In this document: in pieces, positions 12,547-26,404 of the stretch
How positions within the stretch are numbered: position 1 is the first letter of the stretch
Layout: each line of letters opens with the position of its first letter
From: Octopus vulgaris
Lineage: Eukaryota
DNA: 64,000 nt
Direction of reading: 5' to 3'
Assembly: GCA_951406725.2 (NCBI GenBank)
Contig: OX597833.1
Coordinates: forward strand, 38,812,001 to 38,876,000
Position numbers and translations under genes: made by a program
Notes under the pieces: model-generated
The model's input: only the letters and a program-made list of their open reading frames with translations
Database searches by the model: none
What the model was told of the DNA's origin: nothing

Positions 12547-12596
12547 AACCTTCATTGTCTCTCCAACCTGCCACCGCTCCTCTTCTCTTTCAACCT
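12547..12596 (-). other. Candidate exon, or 3' part of a first exon
   Basis: Donor ATGAAGGTT|gtaagt and a possible acceptor gtttattcag|AGG. Confidence 0.3.
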
Positions 12597-13020
12597 CTGA
12601 ATAAACACTAACACACACACAAATGAGTGCACGCATGCACACACACACACACATGCACGCACACACACACACACACACGCACGCACACACACACACACAC
12701 ACACAATTTATTCCACACTCCCTGACAAAGAAACACATCTCCTCCTCTTGTTTCTCCTCCCTCCTCTTTTCTCTCTGTTCCCTGCCGGCAGCATTGTGCA
12801 ATGTGCAGCTCCATGCATGTATTGTTGCAGTTGCAATCTGCAGCTGCTGGATAAACAGATCCTAATATTGTAGACATAACATCACGGTGGATGCATAAGA
12901 TGGTGGAGAAGTTGTCTCCTGTCCGTTTGATTGTGATGCAAGTCCAGTAAAGGTGGCCAGATGGTGTGGTAGCAGTGATGGCGAACGACATAAGACAGAG
13001 CAGATATTCAAGAAGGCGAC

Positions 13021-13116
13021 AGCCAACCAACCAACCAACCAGCCAGCCAGCCGACCAACCAGCCAACCGACCAACCAGCCAACCGACCAATTAACCAGCC
13101 ATCCAGACAACCAGAC
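13021..13116. repeat. Degenerate (CCAA/CCAG/CCGA)n tetranucleotide repeat
   Basis: Directly visible. It explains the GWLV-repeat ORFs in the track. Confidence 0.95.
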
Positions 13117-14119
13117 AGTCATGTTGTCTTAGGATCAAATTGTAGTTCAGATTTCTAACAAGACATGTCCATCACCCCACCCCCACTCTCTTGCTTCCAA
13201 TAACAACAGCTCTAGTCTCTCTCTCTCTCTATCTCTCTACGTGTGTGTGTGTGTGTGTGTGTGTATTTAATATTCAGGTGAACCTACTTAAATACTCAAA
13301 ATGCTGCTGTGGTTGATGATGATGATGATGATGTCTTTACTGTTTTCTACATAACATTATACACCGGTTTGTTTAGTCCCCAAGCCATTACTGACCATCC
13401 TGTCCAGCTGTTTATCAAAGATTACTACTGTAGACAATATATCAATGGCAACCTTTCATATAAAACACACACACACACACATTTGTGCTTATTTCATTAT
13501 AAAGTTTGGTATTGTTCAACCCCTTAGCATATAATCCAGCTATATCCGGCCCAAATATCCCACCTGTTTTATGTTAAAACTGTCTGGATCCAACCTCTCA
13601 CACCTATCCTACAATGTCATTTTAAAAATATATAGCCACACCATTTAAATTTTGAAGTCACAAAATAATATGTGATTAATTCAAAACAGTATGAATAAAT
13701 AAGCAATAAATTTCACAAATTTTACGCACTGGGGGTCGATGTAATCGACTTAATCCGTTTGTCTGTCCTTGTTTGTCCTCTCTGTGTTTAGCCCCTTGTG
13801 GGCAATAAAGAAATAAGAAACAAATGTATATGTTGACCTGTTAACTGAAGTCTAAATCGACCCTTTAGCATTTAAACTGGCCATATCAAGCCCAAATATT
13901 TCACAAATTTCACAAAGAAGTCTGAATGCTAAAGGGTTGAATCCTTAAATTGGGAGTAATATAAGCTGCATTTTAATGATTGTTACTCCACATCAGCACG
14001 GATCAGATGGATCAGTGGTATAACATATTGATATTCATTGTTGTTACTGACATTGCACTGCACTGTAGATTCATCTCGATGCAAACAGGTGCAGCTCACA
14101 TAAAGCAAGAAAAGCTCTC

Positions 14120-14334
14120 TTTACTCTTTTACTTGTTTCAATCATTTGACTGCGGCCATGCGGGAGCACCGCCTTTAATCGAGCAACTTGACCCCGGGAC
14201 TTATTCTTTTGTAAGCCCAGTACTTATTCTATCGGTCTCTTTTGCCGAACCGCTAGATAACGGGAACATAAACACACCAGCATCGGTTGTCAAGCAATGC
14301 TAGGGGGACAAACATAGACACACAAACACACACA

Positions 14335-14374
<40 letters not shown>

Positions 14375-14551
14375 AGTAGGTAATATGCGACGGGCTTCTT
14401 TCAGTTTCCGTCTACCAAATCCACTCACAAAGCTTTGGTCGGCCCGAGGCAATAGTAGAAGACACTTGCCCAAGGTGCCACGCAGTGGGACTGAACCCGG
14501 AACCATGTGGTTGGTAAACAAGCTACTTACCACACAGTCACTCCTGTGCCT
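14120..14551 (-). mobile_element. SINE family A, full length, young
   Basis: Complete reverse copy with CpGs retained. Confidence 0.9.
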
Positions 14552-14826
14552 ATGATTAATCATCTTTTTCACTATTTTGCACATGTTCAGCCAGTGGGGC
14601 CGAGAATAAGGAGCATTGGAGGTGAGGACGATCACTTCAGTATTATTTATTCACTTTGGAAATGCAAGTATGATCAAATGGTCAAGAAGTTTTGCAATCA
14701 TGAATTCTATGCATGGTGTCTTGGGCAAATATCTTTTGCCACAGCCTCAAGTTGATCTAAGATTTTAGTTGGAAATTATGTGGATGGAAACTGAGTAAAA
14801 CTGGGTAGACGGAAACAAATGTATAT

Positions 14827-15234
14827 TTGCCAGCTTGCCAGGGCGGCGAGCTGGCAGAAACGTTAGCACGCTGAGTGAAATGCTTAGCGGTATTTCATCT
14901 GCTGCTACGCTCTGAGTTCAAATTCCGCTGAGGTCGACTTTGCCTTCGGGGTCGCTAAATTAAGTACCAGTTACGCACTGGGTCGATGTAATCGACTTAA
15001 TTTGTCTGTCCTCTCTGTGTTTAGCCCCTTGTGGGTAGTAAAGAAATAGGTATTTCGTCTGCCATTTACGTTCTGAGTTCAAATTCCGCCGAGGTCGACT
15101 TTGCCTTTCATCCTCTCGGAGTTGATAAATTAAGTACCAGTTACACACTGGGGTCGATGTAATCGACTTGATCCCTTTGGCTGTCCTTGTTTGTCCCCTC
15201 TATGTTTAGCCACTCGTGGGCAATAAAGAAATAA
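14827..15234 (+). mobile_element. SINE family B dimer (tRNA head plus Nin/Deu-like core) with 15-bp TSD
   Basis: Head GGCGGCGAGCTGGCAGAAACGTTAGC, B-box GAGTTCAAAT and core GTCGACTTTGCCTTTCATCC..GATAAATTAAGTACCAG. TSD GAAACAAATGTATAT at 14812-14826 and 15235-15249. Confidence 0.9.
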
Positions 15235-17008
15235 GAAACAAATGTATATGTTGACCTGTTAATTGAAGTCTAAATCGACCCTTTAGCATTTAAACTGGCC
15301 ATATCAAGCCCAAATATTGTACTGTGTTTTATGTTCAAACTGGCCAGATTCAACCTCTCACACCTTCCTTATTATGTCATTCTGAAAATAAACAATCACA
15401 TCTTTGAGATTTCAAAGCTGCAAGGTAATGCATAATTAATTCAAAACAATTTGAATATGCAAGCAAAGAATGCATTTGACAGAATAATCTGAATGCTAAA
15501 GAGTTGAAACGGATATTCAGATATTCAGTGTAATTTAGCATCTAAGTGAAGACAGAAGGGTCTATTCTGAGAGGAAGAGAGGTCCAAGCTGAATTTAAAA
15601 GAGAATCTGTCCTTTACTCTTTGTAAATGGTAATTAACTGAACAATCAGTGCTACCAATTGATTGCTATTATTAAACTCTTAATCATATCCGTATGCAGC
15701 AAACCACCCCCATCACACACATAAACCACCCTATTGGACCCCTAGCCCCAACCACATATAGAGGGTTCATGAATCTAAATGTAGGGTAGTTTATATTATA
15801 CTTGAGGAAAATATCCAAACTTGTAATTATACTATCTAATCACCTTCATCCGCATACTCACACACACTTGCTCTCTTTCAAACATTCACACACTTAATAC
15901 ACAGACATAGAGGCACTTTCTGCACCTTTTACACATACAATGCATAGCTCACACAGCTGGCTTCTTTCCATCTCGCACACAACTTCTCTCTCCCTCTCTC
16001 TCACTCCCCATTACACACACATGCACTCACACAATCTATGCTCAACTTACTCTACTCATTTCAACAATTAAACAGAAAATCTCTATTTGTAAACACTCAG
16101 TCCATAACTAACTATTAGCAATCACACAAATTAAACTGGAAATGAGACAGATTTATCAAGTGACCAGTCTATTCACCACAATGACAAACTACAAGGTACA
16201 TTGTAATGGCATCAATCTAAACAGTTTTCCTGTGGCTGTTTCTGTTACAACACCCCTAATTAAATAACTAATTAGCCATGAAACCATAAGCACAGAACTA
16301 AGTGTCCATATAAAGACAACACTGAGAGTGAACATTTGTCAGAGTAGATAGGATGAGTGACTTCTAGCTAAAGGACAGGAAGGCCCATGGTTCATGTCTG
16401 GTCATTAGTGCTGGGTGTAAAGGTGTAATTGAACTCGTAAATAAGGTAGATTGACTTCTTAGAGGCTATGAGTTCAAATCAGCTAAAAGAACAACATTGT
16501 TTCTGAGCAAGATATTTTATTTTGTATTATTTCACTTTACTTAACAGCTTGGGAATAGTTATTAGGTCATTACATAAGAAATCAATAATGTAAGAAATCA
16601 ATATCATCTGTTATAAACAAATGCTGAAGAGATTTTTTTTTCCCTCATCTACTTTATGCAAAGAAACCAGAGATAAACACTGGTCCTAAAAAGCCATCTA
16701 AGGCTGGTGGGTAGAGGTTATTCATATTAATATATCTTTTTATACATTGATACTGGGCTCTGTTTTTCCTTGGCCTAGGCATTTATTAATCGTTAGCTCA
16801 GTCCATTTAGTGCTACACAGGTTCCATAAGGTGTCACCACTATAAATAGTAGAGGCACCGCAATTTCTTTCTATTTTTTTACCAATTCTACAAAATGAGA
16901 CGTGGCTGGGCACTCTGTTGGTTATGATGATTTGATTAAAGGAATAGACTGCTCATGAAATTAACTTGCAAGTAGCTGAGCACTCTACAGGAACACATGC
17001 TCTGAAAG

Positions 17009-17233
17009 CTGGTAGAAACATTAGAACACCGGGTGAAATGCTTAGAGGTATTTAGTCTGCCGTTATGTTCTGAGTTCAAATTCAGCTGAAGTCGACTTTG
17101 CCTTTCGTCCTTTCGGGGTTGATAAATTAAGTACCAGTTATGCACTGGGGTTAATGTAATCGACTTAATTCCTTTGTCTGTCCTTGTTTGTCCCCTCTAT
17201 GTTTAGCTACTTGTGGGCAATAAAGAAATAAGA
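17009..17233 (+). mobile_element. SINE family B with 17-bp TSD
   Basis: TSD AACACATGCTCTGAAAG at 16992-17008 and 17234-17250. Confidence 0.9.
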
Positions 17234-19941
17234 AACACATGCTCTGAAAGTAGTTTTCAGGGGAGTCAGTGTGACAAGGCTGGCCCACTGAACTACAAGT
17301 AGATCCCATTTTTGTCAGCTGAGTGTTTTGAAGCAGCGCAGCATAAAGTGTCTTGCTCAAGGACACTAAGCACCACCAGGAAATGAACTCATAACTTTAC
17401 AATTGTGAGCTGAGTACACTATCCACTAAGCCACATGCTTGCACACGGATATAGGTCCAAAAACATCGTTTAACATCCATTTTCCATTCAGGCATGGGTT
17501 GGATGGTTTGAGAGGAGCTGGCCAGGTATAACACGACTCCAGGCTATTGTGTCTGTTTTGGCATGGTTTTTACAGCTGGATACCAACCACATTGCAGTGG
17601 GAACTGGATGCTTTTTATGTGGTACCAACAAGGTCACCAAGTGAATATGTGAGCATGTGTGTGTGTGTGTGTGTGTGTGTTCATCTTAGTATGTATGTTT
17701 GTCCTCCCACTCCACTGCTTGACAGCCAGTGTTTGTTTGTTTACATCCCCTGTAATTTAATAGTTTGGCAAAAGAGACTGATAGAATCATCATCATCAGC
17801 AGCAACATCATCATCGTTCAACGTCCGCTTTCCATGCTAGCACGGGTTAGATGATTTGACTGAAGACTGGCGAACCAGATGGCTGCACCAGGCTCCAATC
17901 TGATCTGGCAGAGTTCCTACAGCTGGATTCCTTTCCTAATGCCAACCACTCCGAGGGTGTAGTGGGTACGAGGGCCAGTCAGGCGGTACTGGCAATGACC
18001 ACACTCAAATGGTGTTTTTTGCGTACAACCTGCACAGGAGCCGGACCAGTGGCACTGGCAGCGACCTCGAATAAGTACCAAATTTCAAAAATAAATATTA
18101 TTTATTGATTTGTTCGACTAAACCCTGAAGGGCACTACATTGAAATGTAGTGCCCCAATATGATTGTAGTCCAGTAAAAGAAGTGCAAGTAAAGGGAAAA
18201 ACAAACTGTCTTCAAGATGAGAGGGGGAAACTTTTGAGAGATCTGATTTAATGATTTTTCCAATTCAAAAACAGAAACATGTAAGTGAAACATACACAAA
18301 TCACATATATGCATAAAACATACTCATACGCAATTTGCATACAAGCTCTTAAATTACTCACACATGCAAACAAACACACACACACACACACACACATGCA
18401 TGAACAATTCTCATACATACAAATTACTTAGAAAAGACACACATATTACTAATAAATATGAATCATATACATGTATATAATATGCATGCACATACACACA
18501 TATGTATACACATGGATGGATGGATGGAGATAGACAAATACATAGAAATAGAAGTGGACCGACAGACAGGCAGATAACTAGATAGACAGGCAGAGATAAA
18601 CAAACAGACAGTCAAATAGAGATAGATATACATATATGTATGTATATGTACACAAACACACATACGTACATAGACACTGTTCAGCAAAGCTATATAAATT
18701 AATAGATCATGACAAAATTATTTTGTAGCCATTAGTGTCAAGAAAGGCAGCAAGTCTGTAGAATGTATTAGTGAACTGTGTGTGTATGTAATAGTGAATT
18801 GTATGTACAGAGGAAGCTGTGAAGCTGTACATGTAGTTAATTAAATGACACGGCCATTGACTATGAGTAAACAAATGACAAGGCTGACAGATGACCATGA
18901 AACAACAAGAAATAAACTGTCCATCTACATACTATCATAGATGCATAGTCTTCAACAACACTGCACAGAGAAAGAAAGAGGGGGTAAAGAGAGAGGGAAA
19001 TATAGAAAGTAAGACAGAAATTGCGATTACTGAAGTTCTGATTTCTTGCCCAAAACCAACACTAGTTCCACAAAATGGCATAAATGTATTATTGAGCGAG
19101 GTAAGAAAACTATACAATAAGAGAAAATGAACAGAAGTAACTACAATTATATAAAAGTAATTATTTTGTTCAATGAAGCTGAAAAAAAAGAAGAAAAAAC
19201 AACAAAAAACAAAAGAAGAAACATGGACAAATATATAAATAAAAGTGATTATCAAAGATGAAGATTTTGTCTTTTTGTTTCATTTAGTTCTTTGGGGAAT
19301 TAAAATTTATTCTTGATTTGTGAATTGGAATTTACAATTGTCAATTCTTGTAATTTCTCCACCTCACTATTCTGAAAATCTTTGAAATCCACAGCTGTTG
19401 GGCAGCACCACTACTGGTTATTGTGTGTGTGTGTGTACACGTGCGTGCACACACACACACATATATATGCATATACACACCTACATTATATATCTAAATG
19501 CACATACACAAATAATATACACCCACACACATAAATATACCTATATACAATGTGTATATATATATATATATATATTTGTATGTATAATGCACATACAGAT
19601 ATATGTGTAAATATACCTGGCAAGCCAAGTGAAATTGTAGTCGTGGCCAATCCCAGTATCGCATAACTGGCCTGTTTAAAAGTACCCTCCAATCATTGGG
19701 TAATATACTGCGCTTGAGAAGAACTGTTGAGTCAAGTGAAATCATAGTTGTAGCTGATGCCAGTGCCACCTGACTGGTACATAAAAAGCATCCACTACAT
19801 TCTCGGAGTGGTTGGCATTAGGAAGGGCATCCAGCTGTAGAAACTTTGCCTGGTACAGCCCCTTGGCTTGCCAATCCACAGTCGAACTGTCTAACCCATG
19901 CCAGCATGGAAAGCAGACATTAAATAATGATGATGATGATG

Positions 19942-19990
<49 letters not shown>

Positions 19991-20574
19991 ACACACACAC
20001 ATTCTTACTACATGTACACAATTTTTCTGAACAGCTGCTCCTTGAAACATCATGTTTACTACCACACCCACCAACTACTGCTACCACCACCACCTGTTTT
20101 TTATCTAGCAAACACCTCTTTTCTCAATCAGTGAGTTAACTCTTTCACACCACACACCTATTAAATATTACAATTCTCACTCAGACTGTCTTGTTTTTAT
20201 TTATCACATTATAAAAGGAACAACTTCAGTACTTAACTGCTATGATACTCTAAATTTAAAAGCAAAAGAACGCAATTACAAACAAAACGACATCTTTGAC
20301 TGCTACCCCTGTGAAGGGCAAATCAGAATTTGCAGATCTTGCCTATTTGTCAGTCTATGATCGAAGGCATTTCAGCAGTGGCAGCTTTCATATATATATA
20401 TATCATATTTTATAAAGGTGTAATGAGTTGAAAAACCTGTCAGTTATTTCAAGGCTAACTAGTGTCATTAGTACTGCAGGTACATATAGGTGCATTACAG
20501 AAGTTTTATGATAGGCATAATAGGAAGCTAAAACTGTCCTACATTATTATAATTTTAGTATATCATTGATATGC

Positions 20575-20965
20575 ACAGACATGGCTGTGTGGTAAGAAGC
20601 TTGCTTCTCAACCACATGACTCCAGGTTCAGTCCTCTGCTTAGAACCTTAGGCTACTGTCTTCTACTATAACTTTAGGTTGACCAAAGCCTTGTGATTGA
20701 ATTTGGTGGACGGAAACTGAAAGAGATCTGTCATATATAAGTGTGTGTGTGTGTGTGTCTGCGTCCATGTTTATCCCCCATCACTACTTGACAACCTGTG
20801 TTGGTTTGTTTAAATCCTTGTAACTTAGTGATTTGGCCATAGAGATTGATAGAATAAGTACCAGGCTTTAAAAAAAATGTACTGGGATTGATTCATTTGA
20901 CTAACAACTCTTCAAGGCTGTGCCCCAGCATGACCACAGTCTAATGACTGAAACCGGTAAAAGAT
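20575..20965 (+). mobile_element. SINE family A, diverged
   Basis: Head GGCTGTGTGGTAAGAAGCTTGC through tail GACTGAAACCGGTAAAAGA. Confidence 0.85.
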
Positions 20966-21094
20966 AGATCTAATAAGCTGACCTGCCAACTATTGTAACT
21001 CCAGATTGAAGATGGCTGTAACAAATCAAACACACTCTACTAAACACTGCTTGTCACAGCTGACTAGTTTGCAGAAGCAGCTGAAATGTGAAGA

Positions 21095-22034
21095 CAGCTT
21101 GGAAGCTTGATATGCAATGAAGTTTTGTGTGAAACTGGGGAAAAAAAGTTACAGAAACTTATGAAATGCTCCAGGCTGCTTATGGATGAACTTGTAGGAA
21201 TCGAGCATCTGTTTTTCGCAGGTACAAGAGGCCAGGCAAAACAAGTCCACTGGGAAGTTCACGTTGATCCCCTTTTTCAACAGCAAGGGCTTTGCACTGG
21301 CCAGACAGTCAACAAAGAGTATTTTTTCGTTTGTGGGGAGTAACCAACTACTTGACAGAAATGAGCATCAAAACTGTCTCTTACCCTCCCTACAGTCCAC
21401 ACCTTTGACTTTGGTTGTTCCCCAAGCTGAAGAAGAAAATGGAGAGGCTATGAGAAGGGTCCTGAACACCTTCACTTTAGAGGACTTCAACGGGTCCGTC
21501 ACAAAGTGGTTTGAGTGCTACAAGTGCACTGAAGTCAAGGCAGCAAGCTGGCAGATATGTTAGCATGCCGGGCGAAATGCTTAGCGGTATTTTGTCTGCC
21601 ATTACGTTCTGAGTTTAATTTCCGCTGAGGTTGACTTTGCCTTTCATCCTTTCAGGGTCGATAAATTAAGTACAAGTTACGCACTGGGGTCGATGTAATC
21701 GACTTAATCCATTTGTCTGTCCTTGTTTGTTCTCTCTGTGTTTAGCCCCTTGTGGGTAGTAAAGAAATAGGTATTTTGTCTCCCGTTATATTCTGAGTTC
21801 AAATTCTGCCAAGGTCGATTTTGCCTTTCATCCTTTTGGGGTCGATCTAATCGACTTAATCCCTTTGTCTGCTCTTGTTTGTTCCCTCTATGTTTAGCCC
21901 CTTGTGGATAATAAAGAAATAAGTGCACTGAAGTCAAAGGATTCTACTTTGAAGGAGATTAGAGTTTTGTACTTCATTGAAATTAATAAATGCCTCTTCT
22001 GAAAATCTCTCAAAACTTCTGGAAAGTACCTTGT
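21095..22034 (+). mobile_element. Internally deleted mariner transposase remnant, split by a SINE B dimer
   Basis: Fragments AMKFCVKLGK..TETYEMLQAAYG, KSTGKFTLIPFFNSKG, GQTVNKEY, PPYSPHL, LFPKLK and KCTEVKGFYFEGD* match mariner transposase motifs, including YSPDL-like. Confidence 0.8.
21539..21920 (+). mobile_element. SINE family B dimer with 17-bp TSD
   Basis: TSD AAGTGCACTGAAGTCAA at 21522-21538 and 21921-21937. Confidence 0.9.
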
Positions 22035-25000
22035 ACTGATTCTAGTCACAATCACAAATAGCTGTACTTATTTAAAAAAATTTTTTCTCCTCTAATATCT
22101 ACAAACAAAAATGGATATTTATTGCCAGAAATGTGGCTCACTTAAATCCAAATACATAGTATTCAATGATGCAATAGCACTGTTACTTGTAATCAAATTT
22201 TATTGTCTAGTGGTTAACACTTTCAAATTCACAATGACTTGTATGTACTGTGGTACTTACTTCTAGTAAACTCTTTTGATGAACTGCCTAAGTTATGGAG
22301 GCAATAAACAGACCAACACCAGTTGTCAAGCAGAAGGGAAAACAAATACAGACACAAAGACATACACACACATACACATGAGTTTCCATCTACTAAATTC
22401 AATCACAAGGTATTAATCAGTTCAGGAGTATAGCAGAAGGTGTTGTGCGGTGGGATTGAACCTGAAACCATATGGTTGCAAAGTAAGCTTCTTAATCACA
22501 CAGCTATGCCTGTACCTGAAGGAGTTCATATATAACTATTCTGGAAGAAAGGCCTATTCTGTGATTTTCGCATAATATCTAACACCTGGCAATGTTTTAT
22601 ATAACTACATTTATAACTGTTATATCTAGATAACGTTCAATGTATTAACTTCTTGGTTATGGTTGAATGTGAAGCAATGTAACTACTACTATAATAAATC
22701 CTTTCTGTCAGTTAACTCTGCCATGCACAGTAGTGATACCACCGCCACGACCACCACCACCACTACTACATAACTACTCTAACAATAGATCATGTTGTCT
22801 TTGAGCTTAAAGTAAGTCTGATGAAGTCTAATGTACACACACAAGACAAGACAAGTGATTGTAAGACGTAACCCATTTTTGCAAAAGATTTTACCTTGGA
22901 AGTCCCCGCATATGAAAGGATTAAACAGCACTTACGATGCATGTGCATGAATGCACTGAAGAGTGAACGTCTGCACTAATAATTTTGAGCATTGTCTTTT
23001 TGTCTCTGTGACATGCTAGTGACATACTTGGTTCCCTAAATAACAGAAGACAGATATTTAACATAAGTCTAAACTGCGTGATACTTCATGTGGAAAATTA
23101 CGTTTTTTAGGTTTAATATTTATTTAAAATGATGATGCCATTAATTTCTTGAAAGGTGGTGAGGAGGTGTGTGTATGTGTGGAGGATTTCTGAGGTAAAA
23201 GAGAATGGGGAGGGAGAGAAAAGAAAGCATAATCTTTTCAAATATTGTAAATCTTATGAAGTGCTAAGTGCACCGCTGGCACAACCAGTTGCTTTAATCT
23301 TATATGCCACTAAATGTGGGATACGGGGGTAGGGGCTATAGGGTGTCCATGGAACTCTCCTCTGAGTTGCAATGTTTGTGTAGGGCAAATCAGAATGTGC
23401 AGATCTTGCCCATTTGTCAGTCTATTTCAGCAGTGGCAGCTTTCATATATATATTTTTATATTTTATAAAGGTGTAATGAGTTGAAAAACCTGTCAGTTA
23501 TTTCAAATAGGTTGAACAATAAGGCAGGTTTTTGCTTTTTTAACCATGAGACTCCACTGTTCAAAGATGTCTCACCGATACACCTGTAATCATCCCATCT
23601 TTTGTCCACATGCAGCACAACTAAGATCACATATCCAGCGTGTCTTCTCTTGGAATATTGTAGAATGCAATTTAAAGGAGATTTGGCTGCAATTTCTAGC
23701 AGGTCAGACAACCAACAAATAGCTGTAATTGTGTTGTTGGATTCAACAGCAAGCTAATACAATATTCATCAATTACAGAGTGCTGCTATCTACAGGGTTT
23801 ATCTACAACTTCACTACCAGTGCAGCCTGAAAACAGAACAAAGGGACATAACTGAATAGAAATTTGCACTGCTACCTCTGTCACTTTACAGCCTTAATTT
23901 GATTTTATGGAGCAAAGTTCAATGTGTGTATCTTTTATCTTTTACTTGTTTCAGTCATTAGACTGCGTCATGCTGGGGCAATGTCTTGAGGACACTGTCT
24001 TTTAGTCAAATTAATTATCCCCAGTACTTATTCAGTCGGTCTCTTTTGCTGAAGCATTAAGTTATGGGGATGTAAACACACCAACACTGGTAGTCAAACA
24101 GTACTGGGGGACAAACTTAGACATGACACACATGCATGTACATTATATGTATATTTATACATTTAACCCTTCAGTTTTTTATACTAACTCTATCTGGCCA
24201 AAATATTCTACATGTTTCATGTCCAAACCAGCCAGATCCAGCCTCTCACACCTACCCTACAATGTCATTTTAGAAATATAGTCACCTCTTTGAAATCTCA
24301 AAGCTACAAGATAATGCATAATCAATGCAAAACAATGTGAATAAACAAGTGTTACATATCACAGAGTCATCTGAAAGCAAAGAATCTAGACTACATGAAG
24401 GACCAGCATTTGAAACATCAAGACTCTTTCCCTTCTCTTTAAGTGATAAACTAATACGACATCTATTAAAACTCATCTCCACCCCATATTGTCTTTTTTC
24501 TTTTCATGTTCATTGCTTTCTATATATACATGTATATACACCAAATAAAACAGAATTCAAATAGACTAGTGTTGGTCAGCAGAAAAAGTGCAGTGGAACA
24601 GCTGTAGAGAGTAGAATATCCAACATTTCAGACAGAACCCATCTTCAAGATTTATGATGACTGGAGTGCAAAAAAAAAATGAAATCATCAGAGTTTTACA
24701 TCCTCTATGTTTGAGCAGTAGCAACTTGTCACTCTATAAAACTGTAGTTCTTCCTTCTTTCTCTCCTTTCATCTTTACCTTGAAGAAGGACTGTCTGAGA
24801 CATTGGATGCTCTACTTCCCAAAGCTATTCCAACTGTACTCTTCCTATCTTTGTGCATAAATTCACAAATTTTTTCTACATTTTCTGGCATTTTGCAAGT
24901 GAACACTTTTTCATTGTGAATGATACCCCAAAATCCTTGCAGTGTACATTCCACTCAGAAACCTAAATTCAATCAAAAAAATATCTGCCAAAAGCCTGAA

Positions 25001-25239
25001 AAATATATTTAGGGTCTTGGTAGCAGATTTACCAAGCTTTATGCAAAGTTTCATACAAGGACATTACTAAAAATTTGTCAACCATCAGAAAATTACAAAG
25101 CTGTTTCTAATACATTACAAAATAGTAATAGTTGAACAGGAGTAAATAGTATGTAAAATTGTAGTAGACTAATCAGCTGTACAGGCATTTCTGTTCAATG
25201 GTATAACATGCAACTTTCTGATAACACTTCTAATAGGAA

Positions 25240-25760
25240 TACTATGTGACCAACAACAAAATTCTGCAAAGAGCTGTCAGCCAAAACATTGACTTGCTGA
25301 TCATCAAAAACATCATCTTTGGTGGTCGGGACATGAAGCAAGAATGGAAGAGTCAAGGTTCCCACGCCAAGTCTTATTCAGCGAGCTCACTTCAGGGAAA
25401 AGACTACAAGGTTGCCTTCTTCAAAGACTCAAAGACACAAGGACCAACTCAAAGCAACATTAAAGCCACTGAACTTGAGCCTAAATCCTTTGAAACATAA
25501 GCTTGTGACTGCACCAACTGCTGGTGTTCCATCACCATTGAAACCAAAATTTCAAAGCCACCAGAAGAGAAAAGGAAGAAATCAAATGACAAGAAAGAAA
25601 GGCTTGACAAAAATCAACCCTGTCCCCCACCAACATTACCATGCAGTCAATGCCATCAACTCTTCCATGCAAGAATTGCTCTACATGGTCATCAATGCCA
25701 TCACCATAAAGGAAGCGATCAGCAAAGAAGAAATTAAATTCTTGGATGAGATAAAGCCAA
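25240..25760 (+). mobile_element. RTE-like LINE 3' remnant
   Basis: Frameshifted pieces TNNKILQRA, WWSGHEARMEESRFP, LFSELTSGKR and KDQLKATLK resemble the RTE C-terminus. Confidence 0.7.
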
Positions 25761-25992
25761 CATGTATATTTATGTGTGTGTGTGTATTAATATTTCACTA
25801 AGGCATTGTGATGTTAATAACCTGGTGTTACTCAATAAACATATGGTTCAGTTATGAAGTGTCAGGTGAGAACAGAGTGGTAATAAGAAATTGGGATGAC
25901 CAAGAAATAAACATGTTATGAACTTCATTAGCTAACAGCTGTTTCTGCTTTGAGATGCAAAGCACTCATAGCTGAGTGCTCAGGTACCACAC

Positions 25993-26062
<70 letters not shown>

Positions 26063-26371
26063 CACATACATACATACAAACATACATACACATATTTAGA
26101 AAAAAATCGATGTAAAAGAAACATTTGTTTATTTACTTTACGTTCATTTTTCCATGTTGGTATAGGTTTTAAGGAGATTTATTTCACTATTTAAAAAATT
26201 TTTTTTATCTGATCTTCCACCTGTTGCCAATCCTTGCCGGCTTTCCATGTTGAAAATATTTTATCCCACCAGTTTTCAAAAGTGCTGAGCTACAGGACCT
26301 TATTACTGACTGGAAATGTCAATACATCACTATTTTGGAGAATGTAAACATTTGTTCACAAATACACACAT

Positions 26372-26404
<33 letters not shown>

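Noticed and set aside
12862-13122. Signal-peptide-like GWLV ORF
   Set aside because: The hydrophobic part is a tetranucleotide repeat. The region is kept only as a weak UTR candidate.
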